A DNA stretch of 46,481 bases from Patescibacteria group bacterium (GCA_023379125.1 JAMCSY010000006.1:1-46481); one strand, 5' to 3'. Positions 19,471 through 30,091 are shown, counted from the stretch's first letter. Notes: generated by a model not told the origin, from the sequence alone. Numbers and translations are program-made.

Positions 19471-19593
19471 CTTGTGAACCCTAGAAAGTGTTACTGAATC
19501 TAAAAATTAATACCACTGGAATTGTGTAACCTTAAGGTTGCAGCTCCCATTAAAAGTTACCTTTTTTATTCAAAAAACGTTAGAATTTATTCA

Positions 19594-20748
19594 GTGGTAA
19601 AAAGAATCAACCTTCATAGTAGTCTGGCAGGTGATAAATATAAACCTAATCAGACAGCACAATCTCATAAATATGTTCAAAAGACCAGCAAAATGGATTT
19701 TGTTTTACTTGGCACTGTACTGATTTTGTCTTTGTTTGGATTGCTGATGGTTTATGATGTTTCGCAAGTTCAAGCTTTTCAAAATTTGGGAGATAAATAT
19801 TATTTTATTAAGCAACAAATTGTTTGGGCATTATTAGGATATGTTGCCCTACTTTTCTTTAGTATGTTGGATTATCACATTTTAGAAAAAATTGCTTTGC
19901 CTGCATTTGTTATTTCCGTGATCCTTCTTTTGCTAGTTTTTGTACCTGGGCTTGGTGTTATTTCTGGAGGAGCTCATCGCTGGCTCAGACTAGGTATTAA
20001 TATCCAGCCTGCAGAAATAATTAAGCTATCTTCAGTAATATTTTTAGCTGCATTATTTAAAAAAGGACCCAGAACACTCCCCTTTATTTTGATCCTCGGG
20101 TTAGTTGGTACTATTATTGGTGTGTTCCAGCGCGATTTAGGCTCAGCAATTGTATATAGCATTATTGCCCTAGGCATCTACTTTGTCGCTGATGCCCCAC
20201 TGGTATATTTTTTAGGGATGATTGTAATCAGTATTATTGGTTTTTTAGGTTTCACTTTGTCTAGTCAGTATCGCCGACATCGCGTACTAGCTTTTCTTGA
20301 TCCTTTCTCTGATCCTCAAGGCTATTCCTATCACATTTCACAAGTGTTGATTGCTTTGGGCTCAGGAGGCTTATTTGGCTTGGGAATTGGACAATCAAGA
20401 CAAAAATATGCCTATATTCCAGAGGTTACTACTGACTCGATTTTTTCAGTCGTTGGGGAGGAATTAGGTTTTGTGGGAAGTGTTTTTTTAATCGCCTTAA
20501 TTGGTTTTTTAATATTCCGTGGGATCAAAATTGTCCAATCAGCTCCCGATCAGTTTGGTAAATTACTCGGAGCCGGGCTTATAATATGGTTAGGAGCTCA
20601 AGCTGTGGTAAACTTGGCAGCGATGGTATCACTGGTGCCTTTAACAGGAGTTCCTCTGCCGTTTATATCGTATGGTGGCTCAGCCCTTTTAGCAAACTTA
20701 GTAGCAGTAGGGATACTACTTAACATTTCTAAACAAAAACTAGAATAA
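19594..20748 (+). CDS. ftsW: Peptidoglycan glycosyltransferase FtsW
   Basis: SEDS motifs GAHRW, IQPAEIIK, IPEVTTDSIF..EELG and PLTGVPLPFISYGGS; upstream of murG. Start uncertain (GTG 19594 chosen; ATG 19693 is the alternative). Confidence 0.92.
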   Translation: MVKRINLHSSLAGDKYKPNQTAQSHKYVQKTSKMDFVLLGTVLILSLFGLLMVYDVSQVQAFQNLGDKYYFIKQQIVWALLGYVALLFFSMLDYHILEKIALPAFVISVILLLLVFVPGLGVISGGAHRWLRLGINIQPAEIIKLSSVIFLAALFKKGPRTLPFILILGLVGTIIGVFQRDLGSAIVYSIIALGIYFVADAPLVYFLGMIVISIIGFLGFTLSSQYRRHRVLAFLDPFSDPQGYSYHISQVLIALGSGGLFGLGIGQSRQKYAYIPEVTTDSIFSVVGEELGFVGSVFLIALIGFLIFRGIKIVQSAPDQFGKLLGAGLIIWLGAQAVVNLAAMVSLVPLTGVPLPFISYGGSALLANLVAVGILLNISKQKLE

Positions 20749-20756
20749 TTAATCAG

Positions 20757-21893
20757 ATGAAAATTCTCTTAACTGGCAGTCATTTTACTCCTGCTCAAGC
20801 GGTTATTCCGCATTTTAAAAAGATTCCCAGTATTGAGGTGGTTTACCTAGGAAGAGCTTATACTAGAGAAGGGGATAAAAGTCCCTCAATGGAATCCCAG
20901 ATGGTGCCTGCAATGGGTGTTAAATTTATCTCACTGACTACAGGTAGACTACAACGTAGCTTTACCAGGTACACAATTCCCTCCTTGTTAAAAATACCAT
21001 TTGGCTTATGTCAGGCTTTTTATCTACTGTCCCAACAGAAGCCGGATGTAGTTGTGTCTTTTGGTGGATATGTAGCTGTCCCAGTAGTCTTGGCAGCTTG
21101 GTTACTTTCTATCCCGGTAATAATTCATGAGCAAACTTTGGTGCCTGGTTTGGCAAATCAAATTAGTAGGTTGTTTGCCTCTAAAATTGCTATCTCTTTT
21201 GATCAGAGAAATTGGAAAAAAGATCCACGTATAATCTTGACTGGTAACCCTCTTCGTGAGGAGATCCTGCAACCTCGTAAAATCTCTGGTGAGCTTGCCA
21301 AGTTTGTTTCTCAGATAAGAAACTCAGATTTACCTTTATTGTTGATTACTGGTGGGAATCAAGGTTCACATATAATCAATCAAACTGTTCATGCAGTCCT
21401 TAAGGAAGTTACTAATCATTTTTACATCGTGCATCAGACTGGGGATTCAAAATATCAAGACTATGAAAAATTGCTGGAAAATAAGGGAAAATTGCCAAAA
21501 GCGGAAAGGTATTTTGTATGCAAGTGGCTAGATGCTACCGAAATGGGCTCGCTTTTGCCCCATCTTGATTTAATAGCTACGCGAGGTGGTATCAACACAC
21601 TTTTAGAGGTAGCTAACGCGGCTATCCCTGCTTTAGTAATACCTATACCATATGTGGCCAAGGATGAGCAAATGATCAATGCAAACTATTTCCATGACTT
21701 GGGTTTAGCACAAGTTTTGTCACAATCAGAATTAACCGAGAGCTCTATCATAGATCAACTTTTAAAGATGAAAAAGAATTTGGCACAGTTAAAAAAACTA
21801 GCAAAAGAAGCACAAAAAATAGTTATCAAAGATGCAGCTGAGCGCTTAGTGTTAGAAACACTCCTCTTAGCAAACAAACAGACAAAATCTTAA
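20757..21893 (+). CDS. murG: Lipid II GlcNAc transferase MurG
   Basis: KPDVVVSFGGYVAVP, IHEQ, TGNPLR, TGGNQGS and EQMINA motifs. Confidence 0.93.
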   Translation: MKILLTGSHFTPAQAVIPHFKKIPSIEVVYLGRAYTREGDKSPSMESQMVPAMGVKFISLTTGRLQRSFTRYTIPSLLKIPFGLCQAFYLLSQQKPDVVVSFGGYVAVPVVLAAWLLSIPVIIHEQTLVPGLANQISRLFASKIAISFDQRNWKKDPRIILTGNPLREEILQPRKISGELAKFVSQIRNSDLPLLLITGGNQGSHIINQTVHAVLKEVTNHFYIVHQTGDSKYQDYEKLLENKGKLPKAERYFVCKWLDATEMGSLLPHLDLIATRGGINTLLEVANAAIPALVIPIPYVAKDEQMINANYFHDLGLAQVLSQSELTESSIIDQLLKMKKNLAQLKKLAKEAQKIVIKDAAERLVLETLLLANKQTKS

Positions 21894-21900
21894 AGTTTCC

Positions 21901-22704
21901 ATGAAACTGATTATTAAAATTGCTCTACTACTAGCAATCATTATTAGTATTCCTTTGCTTATTTACAAATTTGATTTGCTTAAAATAAATAAAATAAGTT
22001 ATTCACTAAGTGGAGCGAGTTGTGTTAGTCAATCTAGACTAGAACAGGAACTAAAACTAAATAATAGCAGTTTTTTTGGTATAGACAGAAAAAAATTGGA
22101 GGAAAAAATTATACAGAAATACCCCTGTGTTAAGGATGCTGTGGTTACAACTACTTTTCCCAGCAGTATGCAAATTTCATTAACAGCGCGAGAACCTTTT
22201 GTTTGTGTAAAATCTTTACCCAATAATCAAAAGCTTGACCTGAGAGTAATTGAGGCAAGTCCATCATCTAGTTCTGCTTTATTGAACTGGGAGGTCCCTA
22301 CTTATAGTACAAGTCAGTGTTTGATTGCTGATCGTACTGGTAAGATTTTTACACAACAGGATGGCAGTAATTTAAATACTTTATTTCTTGACCAGGGCAA
22401 TCTAGTAATTGGTCAGCAACTTGATGCTAAACTCTTTGGAAATCTGGCAATTATCAGTGAGCAACTAGTTAATTTGCACAATAATACTCCCGATAATAAC
22501 CAGCCTCTAGTAGTTTTTAAAGTTGGATATTCCGTCTTGCAGGTGCTCCACAAACCAAGGCTAGTTTTCTCACTGAACAAAGATATTTCCAGGCAACTCG
22601 CCTATTTACAACTAATCTTGCAAAAAGCTAAAATAGATCAGAAGGGGTTAGACACAGTCGATCTACGGTTTGATAAACCCGTGATTACATATTCCACGAA
22701 ATAA
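21901..22704 (+). CDS. ftsQ: Cell division protein FtsQ/DivIB-like
   Basis: N-terminal TM, POTRA-like region (FPSSMQISLTARE) and C-terminal VDLRF; upstream of ftsA. Confidence 0.8.
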   Translation: MKLIIKIALLLAIIISIPLLIYKFDLLKINKISYSLSGASCVSQSRLEQELKLNNSSFFGIDRKKLEEKIIQKYPCVKDAVVTTTFPSSMQISLTAREPFVCVKSLPNNQKLDLRVIEASPSSSSALLNWEVPTYSTSQCLIADRTGKIFTQQDGSNLNTLFLDQGNLVIGQQLDAKLFGNLAIISEQLVNLHNNTPDNNQPLVVFKVGYSVLQVLHKPRLVFSLNKDISRQLAYLQLILQKAKIDQKGLDTVDLRFDKPVITYSTK

Positions 22705-22771
22705 TATTTATGTGTGATCTACGGTTTGATAAACCCGTGATTACATATTCCACGAAATAATATTTATGTGT
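22660..22771. repeat. Perfect 56-bp tandem duplication spanning the ftsQ stop codon
   Basis: GATCTACGGTTTGATAAACCCGTGATTACATATTCCACGAAATAATATTTATGTGT at 22660-22715 and 22716-22771. Confidence 0.97.
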
Positions 22772-22943
22772 ACGTAGTAGAAGGTACTACTTGGATATAT
22801 TATAGTAATTGAAAAGGTAGTTGACTGAGTCAGTACTGGTAAACGAGCAGAGAAGGGTAGGTTGGGATAACTGACAATTCTTATTATCAGACCACTTAGT
22901 ATAATTGTGACTGATAAATATAGTTTTCAATCTATCGATATAT

Positions 22944-24257
22944 ATGGCAAAAGATAAAGTTTTATGTGCAGTTGACATTGGATCATCTAAAATCTCTACC
23001 CTAATTGCTTCAGTTGGCGAAGACGATAAGATTAATCTGATTGGGGTTTCCGCGGTGAATTCTCGGGGGATTAAAAAAGCCCAAGTTGTAGATATTGAGG
23101 AAGCAGTTGCTGCAATTACCGAAAGTGTAGAAGCAGCAGAAAGAATGGCGGGCTACTCTATTTCATCAGCCTATGTGTCAATTGGTGGTCCTCAGATAGA
23201 AAGCAATAATTCCCATGCTGTGGTCGCGGTAGCTAAACCTGAGGGGGAAATTGAAGAAAATGATGTCTTAAGAGTAAATGAAGCAGCACGGGCGATTGCC
23301 CTACCTGCTTCTAAGGAAATTCTTCATGTTATCCCACGAACTTTTACCGTTGATGGTCAGGAGGGAATTCGTGATCCAATTGGGATGACTGGAGTGAGGT
23401 TAGAAACAGACACGCACATTATCACTGGTTCTTCGACAGCGATGAAGAATTTAGTAAAGTGTATGGGTCTGGTTGGTATTGGGGTAGAAGAAATTATCTT
23501 TTCTGGCATTGCTTCCTCGATGTCAGTACTCACTGATACTGAAAAAGAACTGGGTGTAATTTTGATAGATATTGGTGGAGAAACAACAGACGTAGTGATT
23601 TTTGTGGATGGAGCAATCGCTTACTCTGCTGTGATTCCAATTGGGGCCAGACATATCACCTCAGATTTGGCAGTGGGATTAAGAGTCTCTTTGGAATCAG
23701 CCGAAAAAATTAAGCTTTTTTTGGGTAAAACTACAAAATTGCCTACTTATCCACACTCAATAGATCATGACGACTCACAAAAAGAAGATAGTAAAGCAGC
23801 CCTGAAGAATAAAGAGGATTTCTTAGATGTGCGTAGCATTGGGGTGACAGAAGAGATCCAGAAAATTACTAAAAAAGCAGTAGTTGATTCGATCATTAGA
23901 CCGCGAATCAGAGAGATATTTGAACTAATCGGCAAGGAAATCAAGAAGAGTGGTTTTGGCACTCAAACTCCCTCTGGATTGGTGTTGTGTGGAGGTGGGG
24001 CACTAACTGTTGGTTTGTTAGAACAAGCCAAGTATGTGATGGGGTATCCTGCCCGTATCGGCAGAATTGAAGGGCTATCTGGACTAACTGATGAAATCGA
24101 CTCACCTTCCTTTAGTACTGCTGCAGGATTGATTTTGTATGGAGCACGCGCTAATATTGGTCAGCAGTCTTTTAACTTGCCAGGAATTGGTAAGGGCTTG
24201 CCTTTAAAGGGGGTTATACAAAGGATTGTTGATCTATTTCGGTCCTTCCTGCCTTAG
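22944..24257 (+). CDS. ftsA: Cell division protein FtsA
   Basis: VDIGSSKI, DPIGMTGVRLE, IDIGGETT and LCGGGA motifs. Confidence 0.97.
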   Translation: MAKDKVLCAVDIGSSKISTLIASVGEDDKINLIGVSAVNSRGIKKAQVVDIEEAVAAITESVEAAERMAGYSISSAYVSIGGPQIESNNSHAVVAVAKPEGEIEENDVLRVNEAARAIALPASKEILHVIPRTFTVDGQEGIRDPIGMTGVRLETDTHIITGSSTAMKNLVKCMGLVGIGVEEIIFSGIASSMSVLTDTEKELGVILIDIGGETTDVVIFVDGAIAYSAVIPIGARHITSDLAVGLRVSLESAEKIKLFLGKTTKLPTYPHSIDHDDSQKEDSKAALKNKEDFLDVRSIGVTEEIQKITKKAVVDSIIRPRIREIFELIGKEIKKSGFGTQTPSGLVLCGGGALTVGLLEQAKYVMGYPARIGRIEGLSGLTDEIDSPSFSTAAGLILYGARANIGQQSFNLPGIGKGLPLKGVIQRIVDLFRSFLP

Positions 24258-24270
24258 GGTTTGTATTGAC

Positions 24271-24299
24271 TCGACAAACACCAAAGAACTTGTTACAAT
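24271..24299 (+). promoter_or_regulatory. sigma70-type ftsZ promoter (TCGACA-17-TACAAT with TG extension)
   Basis: TCGACA at 24271-24276, TGt-TACAAT at 24291-24299. Confidence 0.55.
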
Positions 24300-24340
24300 C
24301 TGCCAAAACCAAGGAATTGTTCCATAAATCACACTAAGTT

Positions 24341-25513
24341 ATGTTAATCAAACCTGACGTTCAAAGATTTGCCAAAATAAAAGTAGTGGGAATTGGTGGT
24401 GGTGGTGGCAATGCTCTATCTTCAATGATTGCTCTTCAACAAATACAAGGTGTTGAGTTTATTGCGATTAATACAGATGCTCAAGCCCTACTCAATCACC
24501 CCTCGCCAACAAAGGTACAAATTGGCGAAGCACTGACTAAAGGGTTAGGTTCAGGTGGAAATCCTGAAATTGGTCAACAAGCTGCAGAAGAATCAGCACA
24601 AAAGATTGAAGATGTGCTGGCAGATGCCGATATGGTTTTTTTGACAGCTGGGATGGGAGGAGGAACCGGGACAGGTGCCATTCCCACAATCGCTTCAATT
24701 TCAAAAAAAATTAACGCCCTAACTGTTGCAGTAGTGACTAAACCCTTCAATTTTGAAGGAACTAGAAGGATGATTGTAGCTGAAGATGGTGTAGAAGAAC
24801 TGAAAGATAAAGTCGATGCTTTGATTGTTATTCCTAATCAAAGATTACTTGAGGTTGTGGATAAGAACATGACCTTACAAGATGCTTTTAGAATGGCTGA
24901 TAATGTTTTGGGTCAAGGTGTTCAAGGTATTTCTGATTTAATTGTAATGCCAGGACTCATTAACGTTGATTTTGCAGATGTACGCTCAATTATGACTAAT
25001 GCCGGCTCCGCTTTGATGGGGATAGGTCAAGCTGGTGGAGAAAACCGGGCAGAATCGGCAGCTCGGATTGCCATTGCCTCTCCGCTATTGGAAGTCTCAA
25101 TTGAGGGAGCCAAGGGAGTTTTGTTTAATATCGTGGGTGGTCCAGATTTGACCATGGAAGAGGTGGATAAAGCAGCCAAAATTATTTCTGCTGCGGCTGA
25201 CCCAGATGCTAATATTATTTTTGGGGCAACTATCAAAGATGATCAGGTTGAACAAGTGAAGATTTCGGTAATTGCTACTGGTTTTGATCAGTCAAGAGCT
25301 CGTCTGAGAGAATATGCCAGTCAGGGTGCCAGCTCGCTTGGGCAGATGAATTTTGCACAACGTCAACCCCAGGCACAAGTTGGCAACGATGATTCTGCCA
25401 AACCATCAGCTGCTGCCAATGATGATGATCAGATTGAGATTAAAGAGAGTAAAGATGAAGAAGATGACTTACAGGAGCTTGATATCCCTGCCTTCTTACG
25501 GCGCAACGGCTAG
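24341..25513 (+). CDS. ftsZ: Cell division protein FtsZ
   Basis: [25 protein letters not shown] and C-terminal LDIPAFLRR. Confidence 0.99.
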   Translation: MLIKPDVQRFAKIKVVGIGGGGGNALSSMIALQQIQGVEFIAINTDAQALLNHPSPTKVQIGEALTKGLGSGGNPEIGQQAAEESAQKIEDVLADADMVFLTAGMGGGTGTGAIPTIASISKKINALTVAVVTKPFNFEGTRRMIVAEDGVEELKDKVDALIVIPNQRLLEVVDKNMTLQDAFRMADNVLGQGVQGISDLIVMPGLINVDFADVRSIMTNAGSALMGIGQAGGENRAESAARIAIASPLLEVSIEGAKGVLFNIVGGPDLTMEEVDKAAKIISAAADPDANIIFGATIKDDQVEQVKISVIATGFDQSRARLREYASQGASSLGQMNFAQRQPQAQVGNDDSAKPSAAANDDDQIEIKESKDEEDDLQELDIPAFLRRNG

Positions 25514-25545
25514 TTTCCACACCTGATATTTGCTAGAATGAGCCT

Positions 25546-28368
25546 ATGAGTTTTAAGACAGTTTCGTCTGTTGTCGATTTTGCACAACTAGACGAGCAGA
25601 TTATCGATTTTTGGCAGCAAGACCATACTTTTGAAAAGTCGGTCGAGTCTCGTCCCCCTGATCAACAATGGAAGTTTCTGGATGGTCCACCTTTTGTGAC
25701 TGGTTTGCCACACTACGGATCGCTTCTGTCGAGTATACCTAAGGATGTATTTGGTCGATATTGGACAATGAAAGGCTATCGTGTCAGACGTGTTTGGGGG
25801 TGGGATGGACATGGTTTGCCAGTTGAAAATAAAGTAGAAAAAGAGTTAGGTGTTAAAAGCAAAAAAGATATCGAAAATGTGGTAGGAATTGAAAAATTTG
25901 TACAACAATCTCTCTACTATGTCAACCAAATCTCTGCTGAATGGGAATGGTATATAACACATATTGGTCGCTGGGTAGATTTTCAACATGCTTATAAAAC
26001 CTGGGATTTATCTTATATGGAAAGTGTGATGTGGGTTTTTAAGCAACTTTATGACAAAAGTTTAATTTATAAAGGATTGCGTGTCTCATTGTATTGCCCA
26101 CACTGTGCGACACCGATCTCTAATTTTGAAGTTGCGATGGATGCGGACAATTATCAGGATGTAACAGAAGCAGCTGATACCTACAAATATCCATTAGTAG
26201 ACAGCCCAGATACTTATCTTTTAGCTTGGTCAACTACCCCTTGGAATAAGATTGTTACCCCAGCTTTAGCTGTTAATCCCAGACTAACTTATGTCAAAGT
26301 CAAACAAAATGATGAATACTACATTTTGGGTAAGAAGGCTCTTGCTATGTTGGTCAGTGACCCTTATGAAATAGTTGAGGAATTCTCAGGTGAACAATTA
26401 TTGGGTAAAAAATTTGTTCCTCATTACGATTATTACTCAATTGAACCTAATGAAAAAGCTTTTGAAGTGATTGGTGCTGGTTTTGTAACGGAAGAAGAGG
26501 GGACAGGTATAGTTACTATTGCAGCGTATGGGGAAGAAGATTTGAGCGTAATGCAACAAGACAATATCCATATTGAACTGCATGTTGATGACGAGGGAGT
26601 AATTAAACAAAGTGTACCTAAATTCGCTGGGATGTACTACCTAGAAGCAAATTATGCAGTTAATGAAGATTTGAAAAAGCGTAACCTACTTTACCACGAA
26701 GAACAGTTAACTCACTCAGTTGCTCACTGTTGGAGATGTGGAACCAGGTTGTTTTATGCGCCGAAAGATGCATGGTTTGTTAATGTTCAACGAATTAAGA
26801 AAGAATTGTTTGCAAATAACGAGAAAATTAATTGGTTCCCCAAACACTTTAAACATGGTCGTTTTGCCAAAAGTATGGAAGCAGCGCCTGACTGGAATAT
26901 TTCTCGTAATCGTTACTGGGGGTCACCAATTCCTGTTTGGCAATGTCATTGTGGAGAAAGATTTGTGCCCGGTTCAATTCAAGAGTTAGAAGAAAGATCA
27001 GGCCAAAAAGTCACTGATTTACACAAACCTGGTATTGATACTGTAACGGTAAAATGTGTGAATTGTGGAGGTGAAAGTAGGCGTGTTCCAGAAGTACTTG
27101 ATTCATGGATTGAGGCGGGTAGTGCCGCTTTTGCCGAAAGACACTATCCTTTCGACGCAGATATTAGCCTTGAAGATTTCTTCCCACCGGATTTTGTGGC
27201 TGAATATACTGGGCAAATTCGCGCCTGGTTTTATGTAGTACATGTAATTGCGACAGCTTTACTCAACAGTCCCGGTTTTAAAAATGTACTAGTAGAAGGG
27301 GTGCTACTAGGAACTGATGGACGAAAGATGAGTAAAAACTATGGTAATTTTCCCGATCCTAAACAGGTAATGGAAAAGTATGGTGGCGATGCCTTAAGAC
27401 TTTATCTTTTGGGATCACCAATTATGAAAGGGGAGGATATTAATTTTTCTAATGATGGTGTACCAGAGACAGTGAGGGGATTTATGTTAATTTTATGGAA
27501 TTGTTATAAATTTTTTATTGATTACGCTAATGTTTATGATTGGCAAAACACTAATCTAGATACTGAAACCAAGAGCAATATACTTGATCGTTGGGTTTTA
27601 GCTGCGCTGGAACAGACTAAACAGATTGTTAAGAAAGCCTATGAGCACTACGACACAATTACTGTTGTTCGTACACTAAGAGACTTTGTCGTTAATGACT
27701 TGTCAACTTGGTACATTCGGCGTTCACGAACTAGATTGGATAACGAGTCCTCAGCTGTGGATCGTCAACATACTTTGCAAACTCTTTATCAAGTTTTGGT
27801 GGACTACACCAAACTACTTGCTCCTGTAGCTCCGTTTGTGTCGGAGGAGATCTATAAAAATCTAACTGCCCAAGAATCTGTTCACTTAAGCAGTTATCCC
27901 GAGGAAAACAGTCAATACTCAGATGTAAGTTTATTGGCGCAGATGAAGCAACTGAGGCTTTTAGTAGAGATGGGACACTCTAAACGCAAAGCAGCTAATA
28001 TTAAGCTCAGGCAACCTCTGACTAAATATTTCTATAATGCACCAGAACAACTCAGTCCAGACTTAGAAAAAATTATGGCTGAAGAGTTGAATGTTAAGGA
28101 GATTGAGTACAATAAATCTTCAGACAACAATCCTTTTGGAGAATTGGATACTAATCTTACACAACAGCTTAGGGATGAGGGAGAGCTCAGAGATTTAATT
28201 AGAGAGGTGCAAAATCTAAGGAAACAAGCAGGCCTGACCTTGAAAGATCGAATTAAGATAACTGCTCCCAGATTACCAGAACGTGATGAACTAAAAAGCT
28301 TACTACTTAAGCAGACAAATGCGGTTGCTGTCGAAGAAGGGAAAACATTGTTAATTAATAAGGTGTAA
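25546..28368 (+). CDS. ileS: Isoleucine--tRNA ligase, type 2
   Basis: DGPPFVTGLPHYG, WDGHGLPVE, WSTTPW, DWNISRNRYWGSPIP, GQIRAWFY and KMSK motifs; no C-terminal Zn finger. Confidence 0.95.
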   Translation: MSFKTVSSVVDFAQLDEQIIDFWQQDHTFEKSVESRPPDQQWKFLDGPPFVTGLPHYGSLLSSIPKDVFGRYWTMKGYRVRRVWGWDGHGLPVENKVEKELGVKSKKDIENVVGIEKFVQQSLYYVNQISAEWEWYITHIGRWVDFQHAYKTWDLSYMESVMWVFKQLYDKSLIYKGLRVSLYCPHCATPISNFEVAMDADNYQDVTEAADTYKYPLVDSPDTYLLAWSTTPWNKIVTPALAVNPRLTYVKVKQNDEYYILGKKALAMLVSDPYEIVEEFSGEQLLGKKFVPHYDYYSIEPNEKAFEVIGAGFVTEEEGTGIVTIAAYGEEDLSVMQQDNIHIELHVDDEGVIKQSVPKFAGMYYLEANYAVNEDLKKRNLLYHEEQLTHSVAHCWRCGTRLFYAPKDAWFVNVQRIKKELFANNEKINWFPKHFKHGRFAKSMEAAPDWNISRNRYWGSPIPVWQCHCGERFVPGSIQELEERSGQKVTDLHKPGIDTVTVKCVNCGGESRRVPEVLDSWIEAGSAAFAERHYPFDADISLEDFFPPDFVAEYTGQIRAWFYVVHVIATALLNSPGFKNVLVEGVLLGTDGRKMSKNYGNFPDPKQVMEKYGGDALRLYLLGSPIMKGEDINFSNDGVPETVRGFMLILWNCYKFFIDYANVYDWQNTNLDTETKSNILDRWVLAALEQTKQIVKKAYEHYDTITVVRTLRDFVVNDLSTWYIRRSRTRLDNESSAVDRQHTLQTLYQVLVDYTKLLAPVAPFVSEEIYKNLTAQESVHLSSYPEENSQYSDVSLLAQMKQLRLLVEMGHSKRKAANIKLRQPLTKYFYNAPEQLSPDLEKIMAEELNVKEIEYNKSSDNNPFGELDTNLTQQLRDEGELRDLIREVQNLRKQAGLTLKDRIKITAPRLPERDELKSLLLKQTNAVAVEEGKTLLINKV

Positions 28369-29435
28369 TGTTCTCAAAATATTCAACTGTCCCAGATTTG
28401 GTAATTACTGTCCCGGCGGTTTTACTATTGTCCCTGGGAATCTTAGTTATTTATTCATCAGACCCAAAACTAGCCTTACAGCAGGCCCTATTTGCTCTTG
28501 TCGGACTTGTGATCTATTGGCTATGCTCAATTATGGATTTTAGTGCTTATCAAAAATTGATTGATTATCTATATTATGTGATATTGATCTTACTGGTCAT
28601 AGTGTTGGGTATTGGATTTGAAACCCGTGGATCAGTAAGGTGGATTCCTTTAGGACTACTTAATTTACAGCCATCAGAATTGGCCAAACCAGTATTAATC
28701 TTATTTTTGGCTAAATTCTGGTCAGTGCGGTTACCTAGCTGGCAAAATATCGGCAAAAGCTTGTTATGGGTTTTACCAATGCTCATATTAATATTTCGCC
28801 AGCCAGATTTAGGAACTACCCTGACGATACTGATGATTTGGATATTAATGTTGGTTGCAGCTAATGTTTCTTTGCTTAAATTTGTAGTCATGACCGGAGG
28901 GATGGTCATAATCGCTCCCATGATTTGGTTTTTTATGAAAGATTATCAACGGGTTAGGCTGTTAGGTTTTTTATCCCCGGACAAAGATCCCTTGGGTATA
29001 GGTTACAACGTTATTCAAGCCACCATTGCTGTGGGTTCTGGTGAGATTCTCGGTCGTGGTTTAGGAAGGGGAACTCAATCTCGCTTACAGTTTTTGCCTG
29101 AGTATCGTACTGATTTTATTTTTGCCTCGATTGCCGAAGAATTTGGTTTTATTGGATCCATTATCGTCCTTTTTTTGTATGGCCTAGTTATTTTTCGTAG
29201 CCTGTCTTTGGTTAGATTGGCAGATCGTTTTAGTAGCTTGTTGATCATGGGAGTTTTAGGCATGCTCTTTTTCCAGATTGTAGTTAATATGGGCATGAAT
29301 GTGGGGATTGTCCCCATAACCGGAATCACATTGCCACTTATTTCCTACGGCGGCAGCTCGCTACTGGCTACTATGATTAGCTTAGGTTTTATTGCTTCAA
29401 CGTCCCGGACTATTAGGTTAAATAAATTGAACTAA
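28368..29435 (+). CDS. rodA: Rod shape-determining SEDS protein RodA
   Basis: RWI..LQPSELAK, QPDLGT, GYNVIQATIAVGSG, GTQSRLQFLPEYRTDFIF and TGITLPLISYGGS motifs. Confidence 0.92.
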   Translation: MFSKYSTVPDLVITVPAVLLLSLGILVIYSSDPKLALQQALFALVGLVIYWLCSIMDFSAYQKLIDYLYYVILILLVIVLGIGFETRGSVRWIPLGLLNLQPSELAKPVLILFLAKFWSVRLPSWQNIGKSLLWVLPMLILIFRQPDLGTTLTILMIWILMLVAANVSLLKFVVMTGGMVIIAPMIWFFMKDYQRVRLLGFLSPDKDPLGIGYNVIQATIAVGSGEILGRGLGRGTQSRLQFLPEYRTDFIFASIAEEFGFIGSIIVLFLYGLVIFRSLSLVRLADRFSSLLIMGVLGMLFFQIVVNMGMNVGIVPITGITLPLISYGGSSLLATMISLGFIASTSRTIRLNKLN

Positions 29436-29447
29436 TCATCAGATTGA

Positions 29448-29476
29448 TTGACAGCGCAAGCACTTCAGGGTAAAAT
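29448..29476 (+). promoter_or_regulatory. sigma70 promoter of rplU (TTGACA-17-TAAAAT), probably leaderless
   Basis: TTGACA at 29448-29453, TAAAAT at 29471-29476; 7 nt to the ATG at 29484. Confidence 0.75.
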
Positions 29477-29483
29477 TTGCTTT

Positions 29484-29786
29484 ATGCAATACGCTGTTTG
29501 TGAAATCAAGGGAAAACAATACCTGGTTAAACCAAAAGTCGATTTTGAGGTCGATTTTCAGGGTGGTGAAAAGACTATTAAAAACGATAAAGTTCTATTA
29601 GTGGTGCGCGATGGCAAATTAGAGTTAGGTAAACCCTATCTAAAAACTAATTTAGAGTTTGAGGTTTTGGAAGATAAACAAACTCCCAAACTAAGAGTAG
29701 CAACCTACAAGGCTAAAGCTAACTATCGTCGTGTAATCGGCTCAAGAAGAAAAATCTCAAAAATCAGGCTTGTAGAGAAAAAGTAG
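29484..29786 (+). CDS. rplU: 50S ribosomal protein L21
   Basis: MQYAVCEIKGKQYLV, LGKPYL and YKAKANYRRVIGSR motifs; start moved to ATG 29484. Confidence 0.93.
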   Translation: MQYAVCEIKGKQYLVKPKVDFEVDFQGGEKTIKNDKVLLVVRDGKLELGKPYLKTNLEFEVLEDKQTPKLRVATYKAKANYRRVIGSRRKISKIRLVEKK

Positions 29787-29798
29787 CGTGTAAAAAGC

Positions 29799-29827
29799 TT
29801 GACATAACTTTTCACAGAAGCTAAGCT
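29799..29827 (+). promoter_or_regulatory. sigma70-type promoter of rpmA-parB (TTGACA-17-TAAGCT)
   Basis: TTGACA at 29799-29804, TAAGCT at 29822-29827. Confidence 0.55.
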
Positions 29828-29842
29828 TATATTTAACAACTT

Positions 29843-30091
29843 ATGGCTCATAAAAAAGCGGGATCAACAGCAAAAACAAATCGCGATTCGCACTCCAAGA
29901 GATTGGGTGTGAAACGTTATGGCGGAGAAGAAGTTATTAGTGGCAATATTATTGTCAGGCAAAAAGGTAGTCATCTTTATCCTGGTTTAGGTACCAAACA
30001 GGGAAATGATTTTACAATATACGCTATAACTTCTGGTAAGGTTAAATTCATCACAAGACAAGGTAAAGATTTCGTCGAAGTTCATGGATAA
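29843..30091 (+). CDS. rpmA: 50S ribosomal protein L27
   Basis: MAHKKAG..RDSHSKRLGVKRYGG..GNIIVRQKG; no N-terminal extension, and no prp gene between rplU and rpmA. Confidence 0.97.
   Translation: MAHKKAGSTAKTNRDSHSKRLGVKRYGGEEVISGNIIVRQKGSHLYPGLGTKQGNDFTIYAITSGKVKFITRQGKDFVEVHG

Noticed and set aside
22660-22771. Possible CRISPR array
   Set aside because: Only two abutting copies, no spacer, derived from ftsQ coding sequence, and no cas genes.
22787-22978. 63-aa minus-strand ORF in the ftsQ-ftsA gap
   Set aside because: It overlaps the ftsA start and probable promoter region, with no coding features.
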